Part shown: positions 1-16,080 of the stretch, piece after piece
Position numbering within the stretch: position 1 is the first letter of the stretch
Layout of the letters: each line of letters begins with the position of its first letter
NCBI RefSeq assembly: GCF_009914755.1
Contig: NC_060926.1
DNA: 64,000 bases
Reading direction: 5' to 3' (one strand)
DNA from: the human T2T-CHM13v2.0 reference genome, Homo sapiens
Program-made: the position numbers and the translations under genes
The notes under the pieces: generated by a model
The model's input: only the letters and a program-made list of their open reading frames with translations
Told to the model about the DNA's origin: nothing
The model's database searches: none

Positions 1-2120
1 TCATAGATCGGAAGAATCAATATTGTTAAATGTCCATACTATCTAAAGCAATCCCTATCAAAATACCAATGACATTCTTCACATAAATAGAAAAAAACAA
101 TCCTAGAACTTATATGAAACCACAAAAGACTCAAAACAGCCAAGGCTATCCTGAACAAAAAGAACAAAACTGGAGGAATCACATTACCCGACTTCAAATT
201 ATACTACAGAGCTATCATAACCAAAACAGCATGGTACTGCCATAAAAACAGACACATAGACCAATGGAACAGAATAAAGAACCCAGAAACTAATCCATAC
301 ACTTACAGTGAACTCATTTTCGACAAAGGTGCCAAGAACGTACATTGATGACAAGACAGTCTCTTTAAGGTGCTGGGAAAACTGGATATCCATAGGCAGA
401 AGAATAAAACTAGACCCTTATGTCTCACCATATATAAAAATCAAATCAAAATGGATTAAAGACTTAAATCGAAGACCTAAAACTATAAAACTGCTACAAG
501 AAAACATTGGGAAACATTGGATTGGCTAAAAATTTCTTGAGTAATAAACTACAAGCACAGGCAACCAAAGCAAAAATGGACAAATGGGATCACATCAAGT
601 TAAAACTTCTGCACAACAAAGGAAACAATCAACAAAGTGCATGAGACAACCCACAGAATAAGAGGGAGAAAATACTTATAAACTACCTATCTGACAAGGG
701 ATTAATAACCAGAATGCATAAAGAGCTCAAAACAGCTCTATAGGAAGAAATCTAGTATTCCAATGAAAACATGGGCAAAAGATCTAAATGGACATTTCGC
801 AAAAGAAGAGATACAAATAGCAAACAGGCATATGAAAAAATGCTCAACATCATTGATCATCAGAGAAATGCAAATCAAAACTACAATGAGATATCATCCC
901 ACCCCAATAAAAATGGCTTTTATTCAAATGACAGCTAATAACAAATGCTAGGAAGGATATGGAGAAAAGGAAACCCTTGTACACTGTTGGTGAGAATGTA
1001 AAGTAGTACGACCACTATGGAGAAGTTTGGTGTTTCCTCAGAAAACAGTAAAATAGAGTCACCATATGATCCAGCAATCCCACTGCTGGGTATATTCTCA
1101 AAAGAAAAGAAATCAGTATATTGAAGAAAGATTTGTACTCCTGTGTTTGTTGCAGCTGTGTTCACAACAGCCAAGATTTGGAAGCAACCTATGTGTCCAT
1201 CAACAGATGAATGGATGAATGAATGTGATACACAGACACAATGGAGTACTATTTAGCCATAAAAAGAATAAGAGCTTGTCATTTGCAACAACATGGATGG
1301 AACTGGCAATCATTACATTGAGTGAAATAAGCCAGGCACAGAAAGACAAACATCACACTTCACTTATTTGTGGGAGATACAAATGAAAACGATTGTATTT
1401 GTGAAGATAGAGAGTAGAAGATGGTTACCAGAGGCTGGGAAGAGTAGCAGGGGGATGGGAGTGGGGATGTGGGGATTATTAATGGGTACAAAAAGTAGTT
1501 AGAAAGAATAAAGAAGACCTAGTATTTGACAGCACAACAGGGTGAATATAATCATAATGACTGCACATTTTAAAATAATGAAAAGAGTAGAATTGGATTG
1601 TAACACAAAGGAGAAATGTTTGAGGGGATGGATACCCCGTTTACCCTGATGTGGTTATTGCATGTTGCATGCCTGTACCAAAGTATCTCATGTACCCTGA
1701 TATGGTGTGGTTCTGCATCTCCACCCAAATCTCACCTCGAATTGTAATAATCCCCACATGTCAAAAGTGGGACCAGGTGGTGATAATTGAATCATGGGGG
1801 CAGTTTCCCATATACTGTTTTCATGACAGTGAGTCCTCATGAGATCAGATGGTTTTATAAGAGGCTTCCCCCTTCGCTCAGCATTCATTCTCTCTCCTGA
1901 CACCATGTGAAGAGGTGCCTTCTGCCATGATTGTAAGTTTCCTGAGGCCTCCCCAGCCATGTGGAACTGTGAGTCAATTAAATATCTTTCCTTTATAAAT
2001 TACCCAGTCTCATGTATTTCTTCATAGCAGCATGAGAACGGACTAACACATACCCCATAATATATACACATACTATGTACTCACAAAAATTAAAAATAAT
2101 TTTTTTTAAAAAAAGGAAAA
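1..2120 (+). mobile_element. LINE-1 (L1MA-like) ORF2 3' part plus 3' UTR, interrupted by a THE1 LTR
   Basis: ORF2 remnants ([36 protein letters not shown]), an L1MA-type 3' UTR and an A-rich tail at about 2085-2120. Confidence 0.9.
1698..2050 (+). mobile_element. THE1 (THE1C/D-like) MaLR solo LTR
   Basis: Starts TGATATGG and ends ..GGACTAACACA; 353 bp; perfect 5-bp TSD TACCC at 1693-1697 and 2051-2055. Confidence 0.92.
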
Positions 2121-4177
2121 AGCCTACTTGTATATGTCCCTGTAGGATATTCAAATTATAAGAATTTGGTCCTAGATATGCTTCTTGGATTGGCTGATCA
2201 GGGGTTAATGAAAGAGTTGTGGAATTTAGGATTGGAGAGCCTTGAGCTATTCACCTCCTGGAAGATCTGGGGCAAATGAACTAACATTGTTATAAAATGG
2301 AAATATCTACGTTACAGGGGGCTTGTGATGACAAAACAAGATCACAGACAGGTAGCACCTGTCATCATTAGCCAAATTTAGAAAAATTAAAAGGCGATTA
2401 AATCATACTAAACCCATTCCACTTCATTCAATTATTTTCCCCACTCATACATTTCTCTTACATACATTTTTTTCAAATGGCTGAAAAAAAGCCTTTTCCA
2501 ATATGTTCTCCCTGACTTGTCACTGTTTCTGCTCTCCAACAATGAGTGTGTTTCTGGCAGAGTAATGTTGAATGAGTTCGAGTGAGTCAGAATTGAGAGA
2601 GAGGTAAGTTCTATGCTGCCTCATTCATTGTTGTTTTATATAATCAGTGTTAACAAATGTAAAGCTAACTGTATTCTGTGAAGTGTATCATGGGAGTCAG
2701 TTTCCTGTCTGTCAGGCACTATTTGCACAGAGACAACCAAGCCATTCAGCGTAATCATCATCTGTGTTTGAAGTCTCACTGTCTGGGGGAAGAGTCTTGC
2801 TTAGATCCACACAGCCACATAAATATCCCTGGTCTTAGCCCCTTGACTCTCCGGAATTTCCCTTTCAGAGCTTTCTCATTTGATTAAGAGATTTGTGTTC
2901 CATGAGCCACACACCATTTCATGCTTCTTTAATTACATATTCATAAATTTTTATTTAAAAAGTATATGTTAAGATAAATGGTATTAAAATAACAATAATT
3001 TTATCTTTTATTATGTGCTTACAAACCAGATATTTAATATATATTTTCTTATTTTATCTTCCCAATACTCCTGCATAGTAATTATTATTATTTCCATTTT
3101 ACAAGAAGAAAACACTAAGATTATGAGCTTGCTGGCCCAATGATACATGGGTCCATTTGGCTTTAAAACAATTATCCTTTCAGTATATCACACTGCCTCT
3201 GTAGGTGCAATTTGTTAGTCTACCATTTTGAAACAAAACAGCATCTATATCCTGTGACAGAATTGTGCTGTACTGTTTTTCTTGCTTCCACAGCCAAGAG
3301 AATGGCTTTCTTCTGAATACAATTACTTTCCATTTATCCACACACTGATTATACCCGGAACAATGCATCATTTGGTATATTGTTAGTCTGTTTTTATAAA
3401 TCTTGATGCACTACTCCCTTCCAACTTATTGAAGCCATAGTTATCTTTCCCAGCTAGTCCAGTTCAAATCAAAACTGGCCAAACGTTGGAAATATTTTTT
3501 CTACCTTGAAACAAAATTATGACTTTTACCAAAAAGCCAGCCTCTGTATTTTGTCCACCAGACTGTGCCCTCATTAGTGTGGGAATGAAGAAGGGATTAA
3601 GACAAAGTAGGGGAGGATTAGAATTAGTGTGGAACATCTCTGCTCTCTGATCCCCTGACCTTCTCTCACCTGAACAGGCTCTGGAGAGAGGAGAGGAAAG
3701 ATCTCCAGAAACCTCAGTTATTTGTTAGAAAACCACGTTGCAGTATTTTAAAAGTATTCATTTAAAGGCATTTATTTTAAAATATTTTCAAATAAAATCT
3801 AATGTTAAAAAATGAAGTGTGTCATGCCTGTGTACTCTTCTAAATGTTGATTTAGTGTTGTTACATCTCAAATGACTTACAGACATAAGAATCAAGTGTT
3901 ACCAGGAAAATAAAGAATGGATACAGTCTCATAAATTAAATCACAGAATATAGAGGAATTGTATGAAATGATGATTTTGGAAAAACAGGACCATTAGTCC
4001 AAACACTGCTTATGTCAAGTTTTACTGCTTAACAAAGATAGAGGATATTTCTAATGCTTAACAAAAATTAAGGTCACTTTAAAGAAAAGCTTGTGCCCTG
4101 GACCATATTTTTTGTATTGCACTATGTTCTTATTTTGCTTGAGGACTAGGTCAGTTAAAACATTTTTTTCTATTGAA

Positions 4178-4699
4178 GGGAATGTAAATTAGTAGTCATT
4201 ATGGAGAATAGCATGATAGTTCCTCAAAAAACTAAAAATAGATCTACCAAATGATGCAGCAATCTCACTGTGAAGTATATATCCAAAAGAAAGAAAATCA
4301 GTCTACCAAAGAGATAGCTGCACTCCCATGTTTATTGCAGCACTGTTCATAATAGCCAAGATTTGGAAGCAATCTAAGTGTCGATCAGTGGTTGAATAGA
4401 TAAAGGAAATGTGGTCATATACACCATAAAATAATATTCAGCCATAAAAAGAATGAAATCCTGTCATTTGCAACAACGTGGATGGAACTGGAGCACATTA
4501 ATAAGCCAGACACAGGAAGATAAACTTCACATGTTCTCACTTATTTTGGGGAGCTAAAAATTAAAAAAATTGAACTCATGGAGATGGAGAGTAGAATGAT
4601 GTTACCAGAGGCTAAAAGGGGTAGTGGGGAGGGGGAAAAGTAAAGATGATTAATGGATATAAAAATATAGGTAGATAAAATTAATAAGATCTAGTATTT
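4178..4699 (+). mobile_element. L1MA-like 3' end, left part (host of the L1PB insertion)
   Basis: L1 ORF2 end and 3' UTR (gggaatgtaaattag...gagagtagaatgatgttaccagaggct...aataagatctagtattt); the element resumes at 12839. Confidence 0.85.
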
Positions 4700-4762
4700 T
4701 TTATATTTATTTTTATTTCAATAGGTTTTTGGGGAACAGGTGGTGTTTGGTTACATGAATAA

Positions 4763-5092
<330 letters not shown>

Positions 5093-5310
5093 TGAGATTT
5101 GGGTGCACCTATCTCCAGAGCAGTATACATTGTACCCAACGTGTAGCCTTTTATCGCTTACCACCTCCCACTCTTTCCCTAAGTCCCTAAAGTCCATTGT
5201 ATGATTCTTAGGCCTTTGCATCCTTATAGCTTAGCTTCCACTTATGAATGAGAATATACAATGTGTGGTTTTCCATTCCTGAGTGCCTTCACTTAGAATA
5301 ATGGTCTCCA

Positions 5311-6524
5311 CCATATGCAGAAAACTGAAACTGGACCCCTTCCTTACACCTTATACAAAAATTAACTTAAGATGGATTAAAGACTTAAACGTAAGACCTA
5401 AAACCATAAAAACCCTAGAAGAAAACCTAAGCAATACCATTCATGACATGAGCGTAGGCGAAGATTTCATGACTAAAACACCAAAAGCAATGGCAACAAA
5501 AGCCAAAATTGACAAAGGGGATTTAATTAAACTAAAGAGCTTCTATACAGCAAAAGAAACTATCACCAGAGTGAACAGGCAACCTACAGAGTGGGAGAAA
5601 ATTTTTGCAATCTACTCATCTGACAAAGGGCTAATATCCAGAATCTACAAGGAACTTAAACAAATTTACAGGGAAAAAACAACCCCATCAAAAAGTGGGT
5701 GAAGGATATGAACAGACATTTCTCAAAAGAAGACATTCATGCAGCCAACAAACATATGAAAGAAAGCTCATCATCACTGGTCATTAGAGAAATTCAAATC
5801 AAAACTACAATGAGATGCCATCTTACATCAGTTAGAATGGCGATTATTAAAAAGTCAGGAAACAACAGATGCTGGAGAGGATGCGGAGAAACAGGAATGC
5901 TTTTACACTGTTGGTGGGAGTGTAAATTAGTTCAACCATTGTGGAAGACAGTGTGGCGATTCCTCAAGGATCTAGAATCAGAAATACCATTTGACCCAGC
6001 AATCCCATTACTGGGTATACACCCAAAGGATTATAAATCATTCTACTATAAAGACACATGCACACGTATGTTTATTGCGGCACTGTTCACAATAGCAAAG
6101 ACTTGGAACCAACCTAAATGTCCATCAATGATAGACTGGATAAAGAAAATTGGCATATATACACCATGGAACACTATGCAGTCATTAAAAAAGATGATTT
6201 CATGTCCTTTGCAGGGACATGGATGAAGCTGGAAACCATCATTCTCAGCAAACTAACACAAGAACAGAAAACCAAACACCGCATGTTTTCACTCTTAAGT
6301 GGGAGTTGAACAGTGAGAACACATGGACACAGGGAGGGGAACATCACACACCAGGGCCCGTTGGGGGATGGGGGGTTAGGGGAGGGGTAGCATTAGGAGA
6401 AATACCTAATGTAGATGATGAGTTGATGGGTGCAGCAAACCACCATGGCATGTGCATACCTATGAAACAAACCTGTAGGTTCTGTGCATGTATCCCAGAA
6501 CTTAAAGTATAATTAAAAAAAAAT
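5311..6524 (+). mobile_element. 5'-truncated L1PA (L1PA7/8-like) inside L1PB
   Basis: Well-conserved ORF2 C-terminus (track ORFs 5283-6226), L1PA 3' UTR and poly(A); TSD ATAATGGTCTCCA (5298-5310) versus ATAATTGTCTCCA (6525-6537). Confidence 0.93.
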
Positions 6525-9500
6525 ATAATTGTCTCCAATTCCATCTAGGTTGCTCTGAATACCATTATTTCATCCTTTTTATGGCTTAGTATTCCATGGT
6601 GTATATATATATACATATATATATATACACGTATATATAGACATATGTTTATGTCTGTTTATATATATATGTTTTTTATATATATATATATATCTCACAA
6701 GTTCTTTATCTATGGTGATTGAGTGGCATTTGGGCTGGTTCCATATTTTTGCAATTGAGAATTTTGCTGCTATAAACGTGCATGTGTAGGTATCTTTTTC
6801 ATATAATGACTTCTTTTCCTCTGAGTAGATATCCAGTAGTGGGATTGCTGGATCAAATAGTAGCTCTATTTTAGTTCTTTAAGGAATCTCCACACTGTTT
6901 TCCATGGTGGCTGTACTAGTTTACATTCTGACTAGCAGTATAAAAGTGCTCCCTTTTCACCACATCCATGCCAACATTTATTATTTTTTTATTTTTTAAT
7001 TATGGCCATTCTTGCAGGAGTAAGCTCATATTGTGTTGTGGTTTTGATTTCTATTTCCCTGATAATTAGTGACATTGAACATTTTTTCATATGTTTGCCA
7101 TTTGTATACCTTCTTGAATAGAATTGTCTATTCATGTCCTTAGACCACTTTTTGATGGGATTTTTTTTTCTTGCTGATTTGAGTTCTTTATAGATTCAGG
7201 AAATTAGTCCTTTGTTGGATATATAAATTGCAAAGATTTTCTCCCATTCTGTAGGTTGTCTGTTTGCTGATTGTTTCTTTTGCTGTGCAGAAGCTTTTTC
7301 ATTTAATTAAGTCCCATCTATTTATCTTTGTTTATGTTGCATTTGCTTTCGGGTTCTTGGTCAAGAAGTCTTTGCCTAAGCCAATATCGACAAAGGTTTT
7401 TCTGATGTTATCTTCTAGAATTTTTACAGTTTCAGGTTTCAGATTTAAGTATTTGATACACCTCGAGTTGACTTTTGAATAAGGTGAGAGATGAGGATCC
7501 AGTTTCATTCTCCTACATGTGGCTTGCCAATTATCCCTGCACAATTTTTTGAATAGGATATACTTTCCCCACTTTATGTTTTTGTTTGCTTTGTTGAAGA
7601 TCAGTTTGGTGTAAGTATTTGGGTTTATTTCTGGGTTCTCTATTCTATTCCATTGGTCTGTATGCCTATTTTTATACTAGTACCATGCTGTTTTGGTGAC
7701 TATGGCCTTATAATATAGTTTGAAGTTGGGTAATGTGATGCCTCCAGATTTGTTCTTTTTGCTTAGTCTTGCTTTGGCTATGCAGACTCTTTTTTTGTTA
7801 CATATGAATTTTAGAATTTTTTTCTAGTTCTGTGAAGAATGATGGTGGTATTTTGATGGGAATTGCAATGAGTTTGAAGATTGCTTTTGGCAGTTGGTTA
7901 TTTTTACATTATTGATTCTACCCATTCATGAGCATGGGATATGTTTCCATTTGTTTGTTTTGTCTATGATTTTTTTCAGCAGTGTTTTGCAGTTTTCCTT
8001 GTAGAGGTCTTTCACCTTCTTGGTTATGTATATTCCTAAGTATTACATTATATTTTATTTTATTGCAACTATTGTAACAGGGATTGAGTTTTCAATTTCA
8101 TTCTCAGCTTGGTTGCTGTTGGTGTATAGCAAAGCTACTGATTTTCATACATTAATTTTGTATCCTGAAACTTTGCTGAATTCATTTATCAGTTCTAGGA
8201 AGCTTTTTGGAGGAGTCTTTAGGGTTTTCTAGGTATACAATCATATCATCAGCAAACAGTGACAGTTTGACTTCCTGTTTACTGATTTGGATGCCCTTTA
8301 TTTATTTGTCTTGTCTAATTTCTCTGGCTAGGACTTCTAGTACTACGTTGAATAGAAGTGGTGAGAGAGGGCATTCTTGTGTTTTGCCAGTTCTCAGAGA
8401 GAATGCTTTCAGCTTTTCCCCTATCGGTATAATGTTGGCTGTGGGTTTGTCATAGATGGCTTTTATTACATTGAGGTATATCCCTTGTATGCTGATTTTG
8501 CTGAGGGTTTTAATCATAAAGGGATGCTGGATTTTGTCAAATGCTTTTTCTGCATCTATTGAGATGATCATGTGATTTTTGTTTTTAATTCTGTTTATGT
8601 GGTGTATCACATTTATTGACTTACATATGTTAAACCATCCCTGCATCCCTGGTATGAAACCCACTTGTCATGCTGGATTATCTTTTTGATATGCTGTTAG
8701 ATTCAGTTAATCTAGTATTTTATTGAGGATTTTTGTATCTTTGTACGTTCATCAGGGATATTGGTCTGCAGTTTTCTTTGTTATGTCCTTTCCTGGTTTT
8801 GGTATTAGGGTGATACTGGCTTCATTGAATGATTTGGGGAGGATTCCCTTTTTCTCTATCTTGTGGAATAGTGTCAACAGGATTGGCACGAATTCTTCTT
8901 TGAATGTCTGATAGAATTCAGGTGTGACTCCATCTGATCCTGGACTTACTTTTCTTGGCATTTTTAATTACCATTTATCTCTCACTGCTTATTATTGTTC
9001 TGTTCAGAGTTTCTATTTATTCCTGGTTTAATCTGGGAGGGTTATATATTTCTAGTTTCTCCTGTATGTTTTCTAATTTATACACATAAAAGTGTTCATA
9101 GTAGCCTTGAATAATCTTTTGTATTTCTGTGGTATTGGTTGTAGTATCTCCCATTTTGTTTCTAATTGAACTTATTTGGATATTCTCTCTTCTTTTCTTG
9201 TTTCATCTCACTAGTGATCTATCAATTTTATTTATCTTTTCAAAGAACCAGCTTTTTGTTTAATTTATCTTTTGTATTTTTTTTGTTTCAATTTCATTTA
9301 GTTCTGCTCTGATCATTGTTATTTCTTTTCTTCTGCTGGGTTTGGGTTTGGTTTGTTCTTGTTTCTATAGTTCCTTGAGGTGTGACCTTAGATTGTCTAT
9401 TTGTGGTCTTTCAGATGTTTTGATGTAGATATTTAAGGCTATGAACTTTCTTCTTATCACCACCTTTGCTGTATCCCAGAGGTTTTGATAGGTTGTGTCA

Positions 9501-12500
9501 CTATTATCTTTCAGTTCAAAGAATTTTTTAATTTCCATCTTGATTTCATTGTTGACCCAATGATCATTCAGGAACAGGTTATTTAATTTGCAGGTATTTG
9601 CATGGTTTTGAAGGTTCCTTTTTGAGTTGATATCCAATTTTATTACACTGTGGTCTGAAAGAGTACTTGATATAATTTTGGTTTTCTTAAATTTATTGAG
9701 ACTTGTTTTGTGGCCTATCATATGATCTATCTTAAAGAATGCGCCATGTGCTGAGGAATAGAATGTATATTCTGCAGTTGTTGGGTATAATGTTCTGTAA
9801 ATATCTGTTAAGTCCCTTTGTTCTAAATTATAGTTTAAATCCATTCTTTGTTGACTTTCTGTCATGATGACGTGTCTATTGCTGTTAGTGGAGTATTAAA
9901 GTCCCCCACTATTAATATGTTGCCATCTATATTATTTCTTAGGTCTAATAGTAATTGTTTTATAAATTTGGGCACTCCAATGTTAGGTGCATATATGTTT
10001 AGGATTGTGATATTTTTCTGTTTAACAAGTCCTTTTATCATTATATAATGTCCCTCTTTGGCATTTTTAACTACTGTTGCTTTAAAGTTTGTTTGGTCTG
10101 ATATAAGAATAGCTACTCCTGCTCATTTTTGATGCTCATTTGCATGGAATATCTTCTTCCACCCCTTTACCTTAAGTTTATGTGAGTCCTTATGTGTTAG
10201 GTGAGTCTCTTGAAGACAGCAGATCCTTGGTTGGTGAATTCTCCATTCTCCCATTCTTTGTCTTTTAAGTGGAGCATTTTGACCATTTACATTCAATTTT
10301 AGTATTGAGATGTGAGGTACTATTCTATTCATCACGCTATTTGTTGCCTGAATACCTTTTTTTGTTTGTTTTTCATTGTGCTTTTGTTATATAGATCCTG
10401 TGAGATTTATGCTTTAATGAGGTTCTATTTTGGTGCTTTTTGAGTATTTGTTTCAAGATTTAGAGCTCCTTTTAGCAGCTCTTATAGAGCTGGCTTGGGA
10501 GTGGCAAATTCTCTCAGCCTTTGTTTGCCTGAAAAAGACCATCTTTCCTTCATTTATGAAGTTTAGTTTCTCTGGATCCAAAATTCTTGGCTGATAATTG
10601 TTTTGTTTAAGGAGATAGGTCTCCAGTCCCTTCTAGCTTGTAGGATTTCTGCTAAGAAACCTGCTGTTAATCTGATAGAGTTTCCTTTTTAGGCTACCTG
10701 ATGTTTTTGCCTGACAGCTCTTAAGATTCTTTCCTTCATCTTGACTTTAGAAAACCTGATGACTATGCTGAGGTGATAGTCTTTTTGCAATAAATTTCCC
10801 AAATGTTCTTTGAGGTTCTTGTTTTTGGAGTCTAGATCGCTTACAAGGCCTGGGAAGTGTTCTGTAATTATTCTCTCAAATATGTTTTCCAAACTTTTAG
10901 ATTTCTCTTCTTCCTCGGGAACACCAATTATTCCTAGGTTCTGCCATTTAACACAATCCCGTACTTCTTGGAGGCATTATTCATTTTTTAAAATTCTTTC
11001 TTCCTCTTCTTTGTTGGATTGAGTTAATTTGAAAGCCTTGTCTTCGAGCTCTGAAGTTCTTTATTCTACTTGCTTGATTCTATTGCTGAGACTTTCCAGT
11101 GTATTTTGCATTTCTCTAAGTGTGTCCTTTATTTCCAGAAGTAGTGATTGTTTTTTATTTATGCTATTTATTTCACTGAAGCTTTTTCCCTTCATATATC
11201 ATTTTTTAAATTTTATTAAGTTTGACTTCACCTTTCTCTGGCACCTCCTTGATTAGCTTAATAGTTGACTTTCTGAATTCTTTTTCTGGCAATTCAGAGA
11301 TTTCCTCTTGGTTTGGATCCATTGCTGGTGAGCCAGTGTGATCTTTTAGGGGTGTTAAAGAACCTTGTTTGTCATATTACTAGAATTTTTTTTCTGGTTC
11401 CTTCTCATATGGGTAGACTATGTCAGAGGGAAGATCTTGGGCTCAAGGGCTGCTGTTCAGATTCTTTTGTCCCATGGGGTGCTCCCTTGATGTGTTGCTC
11501 TCCCCCTTCCTCTAGGGATGTGGCTTCCTAGAGCTGAACTGCAGTGATTGTAATTTCTCTTCGGGATCTAGCCACCCATTGCAACTACTGGACTCTGGGC
11601 TGGTACTGGCGAGTGTCCGCACAGAGTCCTGTGATGTGGACCGTCTTCAGGTCTCCCTGCTGTAGATAACAGTATCTGCTCTGGTGGAGGTGGCAGGGGA
11701 GTGAAGTGGACTCTGTGAGGGTCCCTGGTTGTAGTTTTGCTTATTGTGCTAGTTTCATGTTGGTTGGCCTCCAGCCAGGGGGTGGTGCTTTCAAGAGAGC
11801 ATTAGCTGTGATAGTGTAGGGAGGATCAGGGAGTGGGCAGGGCCATAGAGCTCTGAAGAGATTATGTCCTTTGTCTTTGGCTACCAGAGCGGGTAGAGAA
11901 AGACCATCAGGTGGGGGCAGGGTTAGGTGTGTCTGAGCTCTGAGTCTCCTTGTGGGGTCTTGCAGTGGCTGCTGGGGGGATAGGGGTGTGGTTCTCAGGC
12001 CAATGGAGTTACGTTCCCAGGGGGATTATGGTTGCCTTTGTGCATCATGTAGGTTGCCAGGAGAGTGGGGGAAAGTTGTTAGTTACAGGCCTCACCTGGC
12101 TTCTCTGCAGCCTGAATGACTGGGCTCACTCCCACCGTGCCCCTTTGACAGCACTGAGTTTGTTTCCAGGCAGTGGGTAAGCAGGGCTGAGAACTTGCCC
12201 CAGGCTACCAGCCTCCTGGTTTAGAAAGCAAGCAGGGCTTTCAGATTTTGCACCTCCCTGCCTGCTGCAGTTTCTGTGCTGTGTCTGCACTCCCGATTCA
12301 ACCACCCCCGACCCCAACTTCTGTCCAGGAAACTTTGCACTCGGTTGAAATTGTTACAAAGTTCAGCTGGAAGTTTCCTTCTCTCTGGTCATTTCCCAGT
12401 TCCTCTGGCAGCCCTCCCCAAGGATCCCTGTGAGACAAAGTCAGAAATGGCATCCCTGGAGAATGAAAGTGCCCACAGGGCTCTTCTCGCTGCTGCTTCT

Positions 12501-12852
12501 ACCCCTGTATTTCACTTGACTCTCTAAATTCATCTCAGCTCCAGGTAAGGTCAAATCCTTCTCCTGTGATCTGGGATCTGGACCTTCAGGTTTCCCAGTA
12601 AGGGTATATGTTTGGGGGCAGAATATCCCCCTTTCACATTTTGGGCACTCACAGTTTTTTGGGTATATCCTGGGGCCTGCAGCAGCAGTTCACTTCCTTC
12701 AAAGGGTCTGTGGACTCTCTTGGCTGTTTCTGCAGTAGTTCTTGAAGCAAAAGTTCATGATGTTAGTCTCTACATGCTGCTCTGTCCATCCGAGTGGGAG
12801 CTGCAAATTAGTCCTGCCTCCTATCCTCCATTTTCCCCAAGATCTAGTATTT

Positions 12853-13414
<562 letters not shown>

Positions 13415-14344
13415 ATTTTCATTTCTAATTTTTTGCAATATTATTTTTGCTTGTTAAACAAAGCATCTGCCAGCAGCACGGCCACGGACCCACATGGACA
13501 ACTTTCCTAACAGACATAAAAGGAGTATTGTCTAAAGGCTAGCATGGGTTAGCTTTAAGGAATAAAAGAGATAACCCCCAAGTTTTAGAAATGAAGAATG
13601 TAAGCTCATGAGCTGATGCCACTGAGGCCCAGAGAGGATCAAACTTGGAATAGGCCCCCGTGCCAAGGTGCTGGGATTCTGCAGGATGTATACACAGGGT
13701 CCTGGTTTGTAGGTGACCGTTGAACCTGAAACTTCTACATTAAGCCAAAACTGGGAAACTCTGTACCTTCAGTGAAAGAGGGCTAACATCCCAATGACTG
13801 TCTTGAATGCAAAGAAAGTTTGTCTCTGTGGCACGTGGGTACAAAAACAGTCTCCAGTGAGAAACGGAAGTAACGCGTCACTTGTGTTTGTAGAATGACA
13901 GTTTATGCTACCTACATGGTACCAAAATCCTTAAAATAAGACATTAATGTCAAACTGGTCCTAGACTGTGGACACACTTGTAGCCTCTAGCAGAAGCAAA
14001 TACAAAACTGCTGCCTGGGGATGCTTTCAAATATTTCTGTGTACTGGATTCCCATGGTAAAATAGATATGGACTACAAAATTGAAATTATAGGTAAAATG
14101 AGGAAACACTAATGAGAGAAATCAGCTGTAATGGGAAGATTAGCACTTCAAGAACTTCAGATAGATCAACAACCTGAAAGAAATTATAAAATATCTATGT
14201 TTAAAATGATTACATAGACAAAAGATGAAACAGAAATATGTAGAAAAAATAGGATACGGTTTTTAAATATAGGTTAATTTGAAAAAGTAATAATTAGCTT
14301 ACCTACAAATGAAAAAGTTTAGTAAACGAAAAATCTCAATGCAT

Positions 14345-14812
14345 GGTATATTTGTTACCCTGTTGCCACAATAATGCTATTGCCATAGGTCCTGAAAGAC
14401 ACACAGCAAGCATTTCCTACTCATGTGCCTGGGGTCAGCTGGGCTGGCAAAGTGACTTTGCTGATCTTCGTGGGCTTGCTCACTTCTGGGGCTCAGCTGG
14501 CTGTTGGATGATCTAGGCTGGCCCTCACTGGGGTGACGAGGTGCCTGGGCTCCGTTTTACATGCTTCTCTTCCTCCAGCAGACTACCCTGGGCATGTTAG
14601 TATGACAATGGGGAAGTGCAAAGGCATGAACAACTGGCACATTGTCAGTTCTGACTCATTTTCTTGATCAAAATAATGGCATGATCGAGTCCATGGTCAA
14701 GGAGCAGTCAATGTTACCCAGTTTATGGTGAGAAGGCATTGCATAGTTATATGGAATAGGGTGTAGATACAGGGTGGAGTAAATAATTGAGGACATTACT
14801 GCAACTAACCAC
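14345..14812 (-). mobile_element. MLT1-family MaLR LTR (old), inserted in ancient L1
   Basis: Recognisable MLT1 motifs (ggggtcagctgggctgg..cagctggctgttgg..cctccagcagact..ggtgtagatacaggg..ccaca); boundaries approximate. Confidence 0.6.
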
Positions 14813-15745
14813 AGATAGGTTAAGAGTGGTCAAGCACACCCAGAGAGTGTGTGAAGAAGAAAGATCTGAGAAAATTTCTCATTTTATTGCCGAGAGACAA
14901 ATTGAATGTATAAAAGGGAAGTTAATACATTAGGAGGACAAACTGAGGTGGCCTAACATACATCTAAGAGGGGTGCCAGAAGAAGATAACCTATTCAGGA
15001 AGAAATAGTGAGAATTTCCTAAAATTGATAACAGACAGGTTTTTTCATAATTTGGAAGCACAGTGAGCCATGAGAATAAGTTATTTTCTAAAAAAGTCAC
15101 ACCTAAACACATTTTAATAAAGCTTCAGGATATAAAGAGAAAATCTAGATGCAACCAGAAAGAAGAGACAGATTACTTACTCAAACACAAGCAGATGAAA
15201 ACAAACTTTTCATCAGCAACAATGGGTACCAGAAGATAATGAATAAACATCCCATGAGTGCTGAGGGAAAATCACTGGCAATCTGGAATTCTAGACCATG
15301 CTAAATAGTCACTCAAAAATGAGGATAAAACAAAGATAGTTTTCAGCTCAAAGCCCATGCTGAAGAACTATTATATAATGTACTTTAGAAAGAAAGAAAC
15401 CCAGAAGGAAGGAGATCTGAGAAGCAATTGTGATCAAAGACATTGGCAGACATGGATAATGTAAATTATTATTAACTATCAACAAAGTGGTAACCATAAG
15501 ACTAAAAGGGAGGAAGGGATGAAAACAAGATAGATTAAGTTACTTTATACCAAAATGTGAAGTAGTAATTAGAGTTAAATTGTTCCAAGTTGCTTGTGTT
15601 ATGCAGAAGAGTATAGGTATTAATTAGCTTTGAATTGTATTAAGTATGCTTGTTGAAATGTAAGGGTAACTATTGAAAGAATAGAAATAAAATATATAAC
15701 TTCCAAAATAACAGAGGGAAATGGGGTCTGCAAAGAATCATGTAA

Positions 15746-16028
<283 letters not shown>

Positions 16029-16076
16029 ACAGAGAACTTAATCATTCTATAGAATGTAGGAAGGCGGTAAAAAGAA

Positions 16077-16080
<4 letters not shown>

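Noticed and set aside
5283-10892. Long track ORFs with reverse transcriptase, endonuclease and ORF1 similarity
   Set aside because: They are fragmented, frameshifted LINE-1 remnants, not an intact RT gene or a novel RT system.
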